64,000 nt of DNA from Malacoraja senta (taxonomy: Eukaryota). Each line of letters opens with the position of its first letter. The stretch's first letter is position 1. Position numbers and translations under genes: made by a program. The notes beneath the pieces were generated by a model, which was not told the DNA's origin, did not search any database, and saw only the letters and a list, made by a program, of their open reading frames with translations. Shown here in pieces: positions 12,073-23,912 of this stretch. The stretch is taken from contig CM075989.1 of NCBI GenBank assembly GCA_038087875.1, forward strand, positions 24,058,001 to 24,122,000. The letters run 5' to 3'.

Positions 12073-12700
12073 AATATTAAAAACCTGGCAACAACACAGA
12101 ATAAAGAGGAGCAGAAACACAGCTTTAGGCTTTCTATGTGTAGAAAGAAACTGCAGATGCTGGTTTACACTGAAGATAGACACAAAGTGCTGGAGTAACT
12201 CAGCGGGACAGGCAGCATCTCTGAAGAGAAGGAATGGGTGAAGTTTTGGGTCGAGACCCTTATTCAGATTGAAGTGTTTTGCTAAAGGTTCCAGCATCTG
12301 CAGTTCCTTTTGTGTGTTCAGTTATAAAAGGGCTGACACAAAGAAATGCAGATGCTGATTTACAAACTGGTTTTGGAGTGAGGGTGGGGGGGGATACAAA
12401 TGTGGGGGAGTTTGATAAGGCAGAGGGGTGGACAAAGGCTAGATATGAAATGTAGACAAATGGCTGTCAGACAAGGAGGGAAGTGGAGGGAAATGTCAAG
12501 CAAGAGGGGGGGATATGATGGAAGGGGATGTGGGTGGGATAGTAGGTAAAAGGGCCGATTGGCCTCCTCCTGCCCCTATTTTCAATGTTTCTGTTTCTCA
12601 AGCTGGGATTGTGATGCAGGGACTTTGATGGGGTCTTTGCGACCCTCTACACTCTGGCATGAATGTCCTGCTTGTTAAACAAGACAGGTACATGGATAGG

Positions 12701-12795
12701 TCTGAAGAAGGGTCTCGACCCGAAACGTCACCCATTCCTTCTCTCCAGAAATGCTGCCTGTCCCGCTGAGTTGCTCCAGCACTTTGTGTCTGCAG
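12701..12795 (+). mobile_element. 95-bp PLE micro-insert starting at an intact hammerhead motif (12702-12729)
   Basis: CTGAAGAAGGGTCTCGACCCGAAACGTC; flanking direct repeat atggatagg at 12692-12700 and 12796-12804. Confidence 0.8.
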
Positions 12796-13633
12796 ATGGA
12801 TAGGACAGGTTTGGAGGGAGTCCACACAGACTAGTGATCACCCATTCATACCAGTTCTATCCTACACACTAGGGACCATTTATAGAGGCCAATTAAACTA
12901 CAAACCTGTACGTCTTTGGGATGTCTTCTAGATTCGTGATTAGTGCGGCTGTCGGAGGTTATGGGGAGAAGGCAGGAGAATGGGGTTGGGAAGGAGAGAT
13001 AGATCAGCCATGATTGAATGGCGGAGTAGACTTGATGGGCTGAATGGCCCAATTCTACGCCTATCCCTTATGGCCTTATGACCTTATGTTGTGGGAGGAA
13101 ACCTGAGCACCTGGAGAAAGCACACGTGGTCACTGGGAGAATGTGCAAACTCCTTACAGACAGCACCCGTAGTCAGTATCGAACCCGGGTCTCTGGCGCT
13201 GTGAGGCAGCAACTCTACCGCTGCGCCACCGTGCCGCTATGTTGCAATTTTCAGCAGGTCCCGATCAAAGACTTCATACATATGTATTAATTTAGGAGTG
13301 CAGTCACTGCTGTTACATGGACAAACCATTAGAGGGGGGTTGATCAACAGAGCACAGATCCAACGGCAAAGTTGGGAAAGTTAAATCATCGACCACAATG
13401 TTCCCATTTGTCACCAGCTGAGCACAATGGTTTATATTCTCACATTTGCCCCATTCCCTGGGAGTGTGAAACCGCACACCCCAACTTCATATCTTTATTA
13501 AAGTTTCTTTCTTGTAAGATCGGAGAGAGGTAACAGTAATTGTTATGAAATAAAAGTGGAATTTAAAAAAAAGCAAATATTCAATCATAAGCTTTGACAT
13601 TTTTAATCAATGCTCAGAGAGGAACCACAGGGT

Positions 13634-13734
13634 CAGTCTGAATGAAGAAGGGTCTCGACCCGAAACGTCACCCATTCCTTCTCTTCCAGAGATGCTGCCT
13701 GTTCCGCTGAGTTACTCCAGCATTTTCTGTCTAT
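13634..13734 (+). mobile_element. PLE micro-insert with hammerhead-like motif
   Basis: Flanking direct repeat cacagggt at 13626-13633 and 13735-13742. Confidence 0.75.
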
Positions 13735-14077
13735 CACAGGGTTAATAACTTTACTTCCCCTCTGTTATCACTGGAACCTGCTATATTCTTCACGAAATCT
13801 TATTGTTTTAGTGGGTCAAAGGATTAACATTTGTTTATGGTTTGTGGCTGCCCACATATTTGGCTTCTGATTACACATTCCTTTATCAAGATCTCAATAG
13901 AATTAGTCTCTGAATTTTTTGAATAAAGGCTTTTATGTGGGAGTGCACATAAGATTGTAATCAGACCCTGTTGTAATATATGGTTAAAGAGTTCTCTGCA
14001 GAGCCGTCCCAAATTGGCTTGCTATAAATTCTCCATGGCTTAACATTTTAAAAAGCTTTTAACTGTAGCAACTAAAA

Positions 14078-14370
14078 GGGGCGGTGCAGCGGTAGGATTG
14101 CTATCTTTCTTCACCTGAGACCCGTGTCCAAACCTGACTACGGGTGCTGTCTGTACGGAGTTTGTACGTTCTCCCCGTGACTGCGTGGGTTTTCTCCAGA
14201 TGCTCCAGTTTCCTCCCACACTCCAATGACGTGCAATTTTGTAGGTTAATTGTCTTTGGAAAAAATTGTAAGTTGTCCCTAGTGTGTGTAGGATAGTGTT
14301 AGTGTGAATGGGTGATCACTGGATTCCCCAAGCATCTGTTTCCGCGCTGTATCTACAAAGAGTAAAGTTA
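14078..14370 (+). mobile_element. HE1-type V-SINE
   Basis: tRNA-like head, V-domain (ttctccccgtgactgcgtgggttttctcc...tttcctcccacactcc), LINE-like tail. Confidence 0.85.
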
Positions 14371-14473
14371 TTTAGATGTAATTTGTCTCTGTTTTAAAGT
14401 TCTCCTCTTTATGTATTCAGATGTTTTCATGTCCTTGTTGATCCATATCTTTGCGACTTCATACAGTTAAAAC

Positions 14474-15396
14474 TAGGGTTGCCAACTGTCCCGTATTAGC
14501 CGGGACATCCTGTATTTTGAGCTAAATTGGTTTGTACCGTACGGGACCGCTCTTGTCCCGTATTTGACTGCTACTACTCGGGTCGAGGGGACTGTCGGGT
14601 CGGAGCGCTGCGTCCGGCCCCGCCTCACCCGTCCCGACGTAGTGCAGCCTATGGAGTGCAGCAGCAGCCTCGCCCGTGGCCCCGTCGGTCGGCAGCCCGG
14701 CCAGCTGTCCGACCTTCGGGCCTACGCTTACCGCCGACACCACCACCACCCCTCCTTCTCATGGCAGATCACTGGTTCATGAGTTGGAATGGGTGCCGCA
14801 CTTTGGCCTGGGCCAAAACTCCTCAGCTGGCCCGCCGGCTGGGCTTTGTGTGCTGTCTCGCTAGAATTTAGAAGATTGAGGGGGGAATTTATAGAAACTT
14901 ACAAAATTCTTAAGGGGTTGGACAGGCTAGATGCAGGAAGATTGTTCCCGATGTTGGGGAAGTCCAGGACAAGGGGGCACAGTTTAAGGATTAAGGGGAA
15001 ATCCTTTAGGACCGAGATGAGAAAAACATTTTTACACAGAGAGTGGTGAATCTCTGGAACTCTCTGCCACAGAAGGTAGTTGAGGCCAGTTCATTGGCTA
15101 TATTTAAGAGGGAGTTAGATGTGGCCCTTGTGGCTAAAGGGATCAGGGGATATGGAGAGAAGGCAGGTACAGGATACTGAGTTGGATGATCAGCCATGAT
15201 CATATTGAATGGCGGTGCAGGCTCGAAGGGCCGAATGGCCTACTCCTGTACCTATTTTCTATGTTTCTATGTTTCTATGTCCAGCACCCGGGGCAACCCA
15301 GCCACGGCCGAGTCGGTCAACGAATTGCCATCGGGAATTTGTCCCGTATTTTAACCTTTTGTCCCTTATTTGGGAGTGAGAAAGTTGGCAACCCTA
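14474..15396. mobile_element. hAT (Blackjack-like) MITE with a nested CR1
   Basis: 14-bp TIRs TAGGGTTGCCAACT / AGTTGGCAACCCTA; degenerate 8-bp TSD gttaaaac / gttgaagc; subterminal tgtccc repeats; GC-rich interior. Confidence 0.85.
14857..15279 (+). mobile_element. Young CR1/HER1-type LINE 3' end nested in the MITE
   Basis: SLEFRRLRGEFIETYKILKGLDRLDAGRLFPMLG; (tttctatg)n tail. Confidence 0.9.
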
Positions 15397-15761
15397 GTTG
15401 AAGCTCACTGTTCAAACCGTTTATCATCATCTCACACCCCTCACACAACACACACTTTAATTGACACAGCAGTAGAAATCGATCCACATCCAGCAGAATG
15501 ATATTGCATATTAAGAGATTTAACTCTGAGCAGTTTGAAATAATAGTGATCTACTAACATATTGCTGTTTCAATAACTTCATTACACTGATATCTATTTT
15601 ATCCACAAGTTGTCAACAAGCCAAACAGTTCTGGATGGTACACAAAAATGCTGGAGAAACTCAGCGGGTGCAGCAGCATCTATGGAGCGAAGGAAATAGG
15701 TAACGTTTCGGGCCGAAACCCTTCTTCAGACTGATAGGGGGTGGGGAGAAGAAAGGAAAAA

Positions 15762-17048
15762 AGGACAAGCAATCTATACCCGGCCACTGACACCCTCCTC
15801 CGCCTAGCGGAGCTGGTACTTACACTTAATAACTTTTCATTTGACTCCTCCCATTTCCTCCAAATACAAGGCGTAGCTATGGGCACACGCATGGGCCCCA
15901 GCTACGCCTGCCTCTTTGTCGGGTACGTAGAACAATCCCTGTTCAATGCGTACCAGGGCCCCATCCCCGACCTCTACCTCCGCTACATCGATGATTGTTT
16001 TGGTGCCACATCCTGCACCCACACACAACTGACTGACTTCATCCGCTTCACCACCAACTTCCATCCGGCACTCAAATACACCTGGACCATTTCCGACACT
16101 TCCCTACCATTCCTTGACCTCACTATCTCCATCGCAGGTGATAGACTCCTTACCGACATCCACTACAAACCTACCGACTCCCATGGCTATCTGGACTACA
16201 CTTCTTCCCACCCTGCTTCCTGTAAGGACTCCATCCCCCACTCCCAATTCCTCCGTCTACGCCGCATCTGCTCCCAGGATGAGGCGTTCCACACCAGGGC
16301 ATCTGAAATGTCCTCATTCTTCAGGGAACGGGGGTTCCCCTCCTCCACCATAGATGAGGCTCGCACCAGGGTCTCTGCCATACCCCGCAACACTGCTCTC
16401 TCTCCCCATCCCCCCACTCACAACAAAGGCAGAGTCCCCCTAGTCCTCACCTTTCACCCCACCAGCCGTCACATACAACAAGTGATCCTCCGTCAGTTCC
16501 GCCACCTCCAACGTGACCCCACCACTCGCCACATCTTCCCATCTCCCCCTATGTCTGCCTTCCGCAAAGACCGCTCCCTCCGTAACTCCCTTGTCAATTC
16601 TTCCCTTCCCTCCCATACCACCCCCTCCCCTGGTACTTTCCCTTGCAACCGCAAGAGATGCAACACTTGTCCCTTCACTTCCCCCCTCCGCTCCATTCCA
16701 GGACCCAAGCAGTCGTTCCAGGTGCGACAGAGGTTCACCTGCATCTCCTCCAACCTCATCTATTGCATTCGCTGCTCTAGATGCCAGCTGATCTACATCG
16801 GTGAGACCAAGCGGAGGCTTGGCGATCGTTTCGCCGAACACCTCCGGTCGGTCCGCAATAACCAACCTGAACTCCCGGTGGCTCAGCACTTCAACTCCCC
16901 CTCCCATTCCGTATCTGACCTCTCTGTCCTGGGTCTCCTCCATGGCCACAGCGAGCAACACCGTAAATTGGAGGAAATGCACCTCATATTCCGCTTGGGC
17001 AGTCTACATCCTGGTGGCCTGAACGTTGAATTCTCCCAATTCTGCTAG
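15762..17048 (+). CDS. PLE reverse transcriptase (C-terminal part) + Cys linker + GIY-YIG endonuclease, N-terminally truncated
   Basis: QGVAMGTRMGPSYACLF, YLRYIDDCF, PFLDLTI, CNRKRCNTC linker, NLIYCIRCSRCQLIYIGETKRRLGDRFAEH, terminal GLN; no stops or frameshifts. The track's GTG start lies in the inverted pLTR and is not a real start. Confidence 0.93.
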   Translation, partial: RTSNLYPATDTLLRLAELVLTLNNFSFDSSHFLQIQGVAMGTRMGPSYACLFVGYVEQSLFNAYQGPIPDLYLRYIDDCFGATSCTHTQLTDFIRFTTNFHPALKYTWTISDTSLPFLDLTISIAGDRLLTDIHYKPTDSHGYLDYTSSHPASCKDSIPHSQFLRLRRICSQDEAFHTRASEMSSFFRERGFPSSTIDEARTRVSAIPRNTALSPHPPTHNKGRVPLVLTFHPTSRHIQQVILRQFRHLQRDPTTRHIFPSPPMSAFRKDRSLRNSLVNSSLPSHTTPSPGTFPCNRKRCNTCPFTSPLRSIPGPKQSFQVRQRFTCISSNLIYCIRCSRCQLIYIGETKRRLGDRFAEHLRSVRNNQPELPVAQHFNSPSHSVSDLSVLGLLHGHSEQHRKLEEMHLIFRLGSLHPGGLNVEFSQFC

Positions 17049-17167
17049 CCCTGGCTGTCCCCTCCCCTTCATCAGCCATCTGGTTGTCTCCGCCCCTCCC
17101 CCAACCCTCGGGCTCCTCCTTTTCCTCCTTTTCCTTTTTTCCTTTCTTCTCCCCACCCCCTATCAGT

Positions 17168-17195
17168 CTGAAGAAGGGTTTCGGCCCGAAACGTT
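17168..17195 (+). ncRNA. Minimal hammerhead ribozyme motif in the PLE 3' pLTR (mirror copy at 15702-15729, minus strand)
   Basis: CTGAAGAAGGGTTTCGGCCCGAAACGTT, ~120 nt after the ORF stop. Confidence 0.78.
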
Positions 17196-17334
17196 ACCTA
17201 TTTCCTTCGCTCCATAGATGCTGCTGCACCCGCTGAGTTTCTCCAGCATTTTTGTGTACCTTCGATTTTCCAGCATCTGCAGTTCCTTCTTTAACAAAAC
17301 AGTTCTGGATCCTGTTTCAGTGCAGCCATTAAAC

Positions 17335-17798
17335 CAGGGGTGGGCAACCTTCTTCTGCATAGGGGCCGGGACGCATGTCTGTGAGCGGATGGCGGGCCAC
17401 ATCTACCACGTGTACACATGGATCCCACCCCCATCCCACCCCGGATGGCAGGCATCAAATCACGTGTCCACAGAAGGTAGACAAAAATGCTGGAGAAACT
17501 CAGCGGGTGAGGCAGCCTCGTGCAATCCTTGCATGTCTCACCCGCTGAGTTTCTCCAGCTTTTTTTGTCTACCTTCGATTTTTCCAGCATCTGCAGTTCT
17601 TTCTTAAACGTGTTCACAGAAGGTGTGTGTCCGTGCCGGCGGCTTTGCGCAGGATGCGGTGCAGCCAGAGCTCGGCCGCGCTCGGGGCGGGCGCTCGGCG
17701 GGCCGGATGATTACGGGGGAAAAAAATCAGCCTGCGGGCCGGATGATTTTGGGTTACGGGCCGCATTTGGCCCAGGGGCCGTAGGTTGCCGACCCCTG
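17335..17798. mobile_element. hAT (Charlie-like) MITE
   Basis: TIRs CAGGGGTGGGCAACCT / AGGTTGCCGACCCCTG; perfect 8-bp TSD cattaaac at 17327-17334 and 17799-17806; gggcc(g) subterminal motifs. Confidence 0.92.
17479..17607 (+). mobile_element. Small PLE-derived hairpin insert nested in the hAT MITE
   Basis: Inverted pLTR arms plus tail; 17-bp TSD acgtgt(c/t)cacagaaggt at 17462-17478 and 17608-17624. Confidence 0.85.
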
Positions 17799-18954
17799 CA
17801 TTAAACCATGTCCTCTTAGGTGTTAAAAAACAGCATTTTATTTATTATATTGATGCTGTTGAATTAAAGTATCAGGTTTTTATTATCCTTATTAGATTTA
17901 TTTTTATTTTATCATAAAGATCTCAGTTTAAGTATCTTTCAAGTGTATTTCCATGTAAATGTATGTGTAATGCAATGTAATGATGCAAGAACAGGTTAAA
18001 ATAACAACTGCAATGTGACTAACAGAACACAATTAAAATGTGTTTGGTAATGCAAAAATACTGGTGGTGCTCTTAAAAATGCCAATAATCACAGGCTCAT
18101 GTGTTAAATATCAAGTATGTATTTTTTTTGTAGCTTTGATTCACAAAATATCAAAACTTAAAGCCTTTTGCACACTTCCCAATAGTTTAATAAGTTAAAT
18201 AATAATTCGCACCTACAGTGAATGGTTCCTGGTTCGGCAGCACAGGATTTAAAAATTTGGACAAAACATACAATGGGATTGTGAGGGAAGGCGTTTTACA
18301 CAGTGAATGGTCATAATCTGGATTTCATTGCAGATGGGAGTGGAACAAAAATCACGCTGTGCCTTCATAGGGGAATTGGAGAAGCACTTGAGAAAGAATA
18401 ATTGCTGGGGCTATGGGGAGAACGCCAGGAACTGAGTGGGTTGTCTTACTTGGAGATAGCATGGACTAGATGGGCCAAATGGCAGTGTTCTGTTCGGTGG
18501 CAATGACCCGACTCCTCAGAGGGTTGTAAATGCAAGTATCGCTACGTCCATTAGCACAGCTTTAAATTGACTAAAATTAGCCTTTTTTCTGTGTCGAGGC
18601 TCAGGATATACACGTTGGCTCCGCTCCGATGTCCACATACGGGAAATAAATCATGCCGGGGAGCCTTGCAGAAACATGAAATGAATGAGCTGCGGGATCG
18701 TTGCCAGAACCCCATGTGCATAATAAATTTAGTATTTTTTAAGGAAAAGTGAGAGTTGAAAAATTAACATGAGTGGAAATGGCAAGAATGCGATGGTAGT
18801 GCATCTCCCAACGTCAGACTCACAACCACTCAGAGGCCCAAAGTATAGTCTTGCATTTACTGGAATCCCACTGTGGCCTAAATGGAAATGTATTCACCCG
18901 CTATAGTTGTGTGAAATATTCACGGGATGCAAGTAGCATTGGTTCCAGTGTCAG

Positions 18955-19107
18955 CATTTAGTGCAAGATAAAGGTGAGTATAGTCCAATTACAGATAGTC
19001 CAAGGTGTCTCCAATGAAGTAGATGGGTGGTCAGGACCACTCTCTAGTTGGTGATAGGATGGTTCTGTTGCTGATAACAGCTGGGAAGAAACTGCCCCTG
19101 AATCTGC
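18955..19107 (-). mobile_element. Rex1-type LINE fragment
   Basis: ctgataacagctgggaagaaactgcccctgaatct matches the Rex1 ORF end / 3' UTR. Confidence 0.65.
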
Positions 19108-19944
19108 ACCTGTATGGCAGTGTTTGTGAGTTACGTGTGCTGCCTTCTTGCACATTGTTCCCAAGCCTTGCTGATGTCGTTTTGGCTGAGGCTGCCATTT
19201 GCTGTCCTCAATATTGTTCTTTGATGAAGTTCCCCTCTGAATGTCCAATGGGTTAAAACTCTTTACACCCACTTCATGGTTCAGCATCTCCTCATGGGCT
19301 GTGCATAGATTTCAGACTTTCTTTCCAATCCGCTTTTTAGTAGCCAACTCTTTGGAAAAACTGTCAATGAGTTTAAGAATTTGCACCCCTTAATGTTTAT
19401 TTGCTAACCTTTATAAAGTGCCAAGGCACAGCACATATGATTCTCCATTGGCAAGCTCCAAATGGAAAGTCTCATTCTGGCAAGGAACCCATGCTGAATA
19501 TTAAATGACCAACCCGAGAGGATTCAACAAAGTTGGCCATTTCAAACTCAAGCAAGTACTAGTGGTGTATCAGAATCTTGCCTCAACGCCAGCACAGAAA
19601 CATTTCTCCTATTGTCTGAAAATTGGCCCAGAAAACCATTGGGATGTAATTCTGTCAGTAATGCCAGCCAATGTGGTCTTCCATGGTCCATGCTGGACTT
19701 TGTGAGGTTATCGGCATCTCAAAGCACTGGAGATGGATCACCAAAGCTTCAACGACCTTGGCAGCATCAACTGCCCTACAGGTTATCATTGTCTCCCAGG
19801 CTTACAGCTCCACTAATAGTCATAGAGTGATATAGCACGAAACAGGCTCATCACCCAACTTGCCCACACTGACCAACATGCCTCATCTACACTAGTACCA
19901 CCTGCCTGCGTTCGGCCCAGATACCTATAAACCTATTCTATCCT

Positions 19945-20255
19945 ATTTAGTTTAGAGCTTCAGCGTGGAAACAGGCCCTTCGGCCCACCAAGTCCATGCC
20001 AACCAGCACTCCCCACACATTAACAATATCCTACACACACTAGGGACAATTTACACGTACACCAAGCCAATTAAGCTGCATACCTGTACGTCTTTGGAGT
20101 GTGGGAGGAAATCGAAGATCTCGGAGAAAAACCACGCGGTCATGGGGAGAACGTACAAACTCTGTATAGGCAGCACCCGTCGTCAGATCGAACCCGGGTC
20201 ACTGGTGCTGCAAGCGCTGTAAGGCAGCAACTCTACCGCTGCTCCTCCATGGCCG
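19945..20255 (-). mobile_element. HE1-type V-SINE
   Basis: Full head, V-domain and tail on the minus strand. Confidence 0.85.
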
Positions 20256-20485
20256 CCAACTATCTTACGTTATCATTGTCTCCCAGGCCTACAGCCTCAC
20301 CACAGAGTCATAGAGTGATACAGTGTGGAAACAGGCCCTTCAGCCCACACCGACCAATATGTCCCAGCAACACTAGTCCCACCTGCCTGCGATTGGCCCA
20401 TATCCGTATAAACATATCCTATCCATATACCTGCCAAAATATTTCTTAAACATTAGGATAGTAACTGTCTCCACTACCTCCTCTG

Positions 20486-20950
20486 GATAGGTGATGTTTT
20501 GGGTTGGACCCTTCATGATCAGATCCATCAGTCTGGTCACCTATCCATGTGTATGAAAGAACTGCAGATGCTGGTCAAAATCAAAGGTAGACACAAAATG
20601 CTGGAGTAACTCAGCGGGACAGGCAGCCTCCCTGGAGAGAAGGAATAGGTGACGTTTCGGGTCGAGACCTTTCTTCAGACTGATGTCAGGGGAGGGGGTG
20701 GCCATGTTCTCCAGAGATGCTGCTTGACCCGCTGAGTTACTCCAGCACTCTGTGAAACGTCACCTATCCATGTTCTCCAGAGATGCTGCTTGACCTGCTG
20801 AGTTACTCCAGCACTCTGTGAAACGTCACCTATCCATGTTCTCCACAGATGCTGCCTGACCCGCTGAGTTACTCCAGCACTCTGTGAAACGTCACCTATC
20901 CATGTTCTCCTGCTTGACTCGCTGAGTTACTCCAGCGGTTTGTGTCTACA
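20486..20950. repeat. PLE-pLTR-derived 66-bp tandem array with a nested minus-strand pLTR fragment (~20551-20701)
   Basis: gaaacgtc recurs at 20754, 20820 and 20886 (66-bp period); nested piece flanked by ccatgt repeats. Confidence 0.85.
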
Positions 20951-21069
20951 GTATCTTCAGAATTTAACACACGTTCGGTTTAAAGTTATTTTTAGAAACT
21001 GTAAGTTGTCGTGTTATTACGGATGAGGCAGCTTTACAAAAGCTCGTGAATCTGCAGAGAAGTTTCACT

Positions 21070-21425
21070 TCAGTTTAGTTTATTGTCACGTGCACCGAGG
21101 TAGAGTGAAAAGATTTTTGTTGCGTGCTAACCAGCCAGCAGAAAGACATAACATGATTATAATCATGTCTGAAGAAGGGTCTTGACCCGAAACGTCACCC
21201 ATTCCTTTGCTCCGGAGATGCTGCCTGTCCCGCTGAGTTACTCCAGCTTTCTGTGTCTATCTTCGGTTTAAACCAGCATCTGCAGTTCCTTCCTACACAT
21301 TACAATCAAGCCATTTACAGTGTGTAGGTGCATGATAAGGGAATAATGTTTAGTGCAAGATAAAGCCAGCAAGGTCCAATCAAGGATAGTCCAACGGTCA
21401 TCAAAGAGGTAGATAGTAGTTGAGC
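21070..21425 (-). mobile_element. Rex1-type 3' UTR interrupted by a PLE micro-insert
   Basis: The Rex1 3' UTR is collinear on both sides of 21168-21298. Confidence 0.75.
21168..21298 (+). mobile_element. 131-bp PLE micro-insert beginning at a hammerhead motif (21169-21196)
   Basis: TCTGAAGAAGGGTCTTGACCCGAAACGTC...gcagttccttcctacac; TSD attataatcatg / attacaatcaag. Confidence 0.82.
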
Positions 21426-21474
21426 TGTCTGTTATTAGTTTTCAATTTGCATGGTTCATCCACTTCACTGTCTT

Positions 21475-21922
21475 AGAAACATAAGAAACATAGAAATAGG
21501 AATAGGCCATTCATCCCTTCGAGCCTGCACTGCTATTCAATATCATCTTTGCTGATCATCTAAAATCAGTACCCCGTTCCTGCTTTCTCCCCAATATTCC
21601 TTGATTCCGTTAGCCCTAGGAGCTGAATCTAACTCTCTATTGAAAACATCCAGTGAATTGGCCTCCACCGCCTTCTGTGGCAGAGAATGCCACAGATTCA
21701 TAACTCTCTGGGTGAAAAAGTTTTTCCTCATCTCAGTCCTAAATGGCCTACCCCTTATTCTTAAACTGTGACCCCTGGTTCTGGACTCCGCGAACATCGG
21801 GAACATTTTTCCTGCATCCAGCCAGTCCAATCCTTTAAGAATTTTATAAGTTTCTATAAGATACCCTCTCATCCTTCTAAATTCCAGTGAATACAAGCCG
21901 AGTCGACCCATTCTTTCATCAT
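21475..21922 (-). mobile_element. CR1-type LINE 3' end
   Basis: YDERMGRLGLYSLEFRRMRGYLIETYKILKG (ORF 21543-21941). Confidence 0.9.
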
Positions 21923-22404
21923 AGTTTAGATTAATAAACATTCGGAGGTGCGGTCAACCTCTGGAAGAAGCAGACAGCATGAAATGAAACTTCAATGTGA
22001 TTCTACTGATGTGCTATTTCCAAATCATAAAATACTCCTTTGAGCAATATAAAGACAGTATTTACTCCTCACATGTAATTTGTTTTAAAATCAGAAACAA
22101 ATGACATTCTGAAAAATGATGTGCTCTGTGTGTTCAATTTGAAACAGAGGATGTATTTACATTAATGCTCGCTCTGTCTTGCCCTGTATTTGACAGGTTT
22201 TAAATATTAAATTTCCTAAGAAGGTGAATTGTACAGCTGAACTACACCATGGAGCTTTTCAACAATATCCTGCTGGCTGCTTGAGAGTATCCTTTTACTG
22301 AGGTCGCTCACTCTCATGGTAGATGCTGTGTGATGGACCATCAATGATAATTTGTGCATTGGCGTTTTACCCTTGATGAAGCCTCTTACCAATGACTTCA
22401 CACC

Positions 22405-22902
22405 CGCGGCGCAGCGGGTAGAGCTGCTGCCTCACAGCGCCAGAGACCCGGGTTCCATCCTGACTACGGGTGCTGTCTGTACGGAGTTTGTAGGTTCTCC
22501 CCGTGACCTGCGTGGGTTTTCTCTGAGATTATTTGGGATAGTAGAATTAGGCCATTCGGCCCATCAAGTCTACTTTGCCATTCAATCATGGCTGATCTAT
22601 CTCTCCCTCCTAACCCCATTCTCCTGCCTTCTCCCCATAACCTCTGACTAATCAAGAATCTATCTATCTCTGCCTTAAAAATATCCACTGACTTGGCCTC
22701 CAAGATCTTCAGTTTCCTCCCACATTCTAAAGACGTACAGGTTTGTAGGTTAATTGGCTTGATATAAATGTCAAATTGTTGTGTGCGTGTGCGTGTGCGT
22801 GTGTGTGTGTGTGTTAGCGTTAATGTGCGGGGATCGCTGCTTGGTTGTGGACTCAGTGGGCCGAAGGGCCTGTTTCTGTGCTGTATCTCTAAAGTCTCTA
22901 AA
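22405..22902 (+). mobile_element. V-SINE interrupted by an antisense CR1 3' end (~22535-22702)
   Basis: SINE reads ...ttctctgagat|insert|agatcttcagtttcctcccac. Confidence 0.8.
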
Positions 22903-23624
22903 CAGCACTAGCTCATGTACGGATCTACGTCCAATTTGTGATGTGTGGGAAGGAACTGCAGATGCTGGTTTACACCAAAGATAGACCCAAAATGCCGGAG
23001 TAACTCAGCGGGTCAGGCAGCATCTCTGGAGAGAAGGAATGGGTGACTAGTCTGAAGGAGTGTCTCAACCCAAAACGTCACCTATTCCTTCTCTCCAGAG
23101 ATGTTGTCTGACTCGCCGAGTTGCTCCAGCATTTTGTGTCTATCTCCAATCTTTGCTATTCCACCAAAAATGAACTCTAACCCAGTTATTTTCATTTTAT
23201 TTTTAGGATACAGCGTGCAAACGGGCCGATCGGCCCATCGAATCCACGCCGACTAGCGATTACCATACGATTGATGGATCTTTCCTACACACTAGGGACA
23301 GTTTTTACAGGCACCAATTAACCTACAAACCTGTATATCTTTGGAATGTGGGAGGAAACCGGAGCATCCGGAGAAGAAGGGTCTGGACCCAAAACATCAC
23401 CTACTCCTTCTATCCAGAGATGCTGCCTGTCCTGCTGAGCTACTCCAGATGTTGTGTCAATCCATATGTTGTGACTTCCCCTGTTGTGCACAGGGGTAAA
23501 CCACGATCAGTATTGGCGTGGAAAAGCTGTACAGAAACAGTATATAATATTTACAGAGCCACTTAGGTCAGGAATATAGTAGCTTTGAATGTTATCGACC
23601 TCAATACATTTTTATGTTTATAAT

Positions 23625-23912
23625 GGCGGCAGTAGAGATGCTGCCTTACAGCTCCAGAGACCCAGGTTCAATCTTCACCAAGGGTGCTGTATGTACACAG
23701 TTTGTAAGTTCTCCCCGTGACCGCTTCGGATTTCTCTGGGTGCTCTGGTTTCCTCTCACAATCCAAAGATGTACAGGCCTGTAGGTTAAATTGCCTTGGT
23801 ATAATTGTAAATTGTCCCTCGTGTATGACAGTGTTAGTGTGCAGGGATTGCCCAGTCAGCACAAACCCAGTGGGTTGAAGGGCCTGGTTCTGCGCTGTAT
23901 CTCTAATCTAAA
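23625..23912 (+). mobile_element. HE1-type V-SINE
   Basis: Head, V-domain and tail motifs. Confidence 0.8.

Larger units (their letters stand above)
15637..17296 (+). mobile_element. Penelope-like retroelement (Neptune-type), 5'-truncated with inverted partial pLTR
   Basis: 15637-~15765 is the reverse complement of ~17132-17260; 14-bp TSD aaacagttctggat at 15623-15636 and 17297-17310; RT and GIY-YIG ORF inside. Confidence 0.95.

Noticed and set aside
15741..15761. N-terminus MGRRKEK of the 435-aa ORF
   Set aside because: It derives from the inverted pLTR fused in frame by chance; the RT N-terminal domains are missing
20702..20936. CRISPR-like regular repeats (also 36371-36700 and 11445-11640)
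   Set aside because: Head-to-tail units with no unique spacers, eukaryotic context, no cas genes
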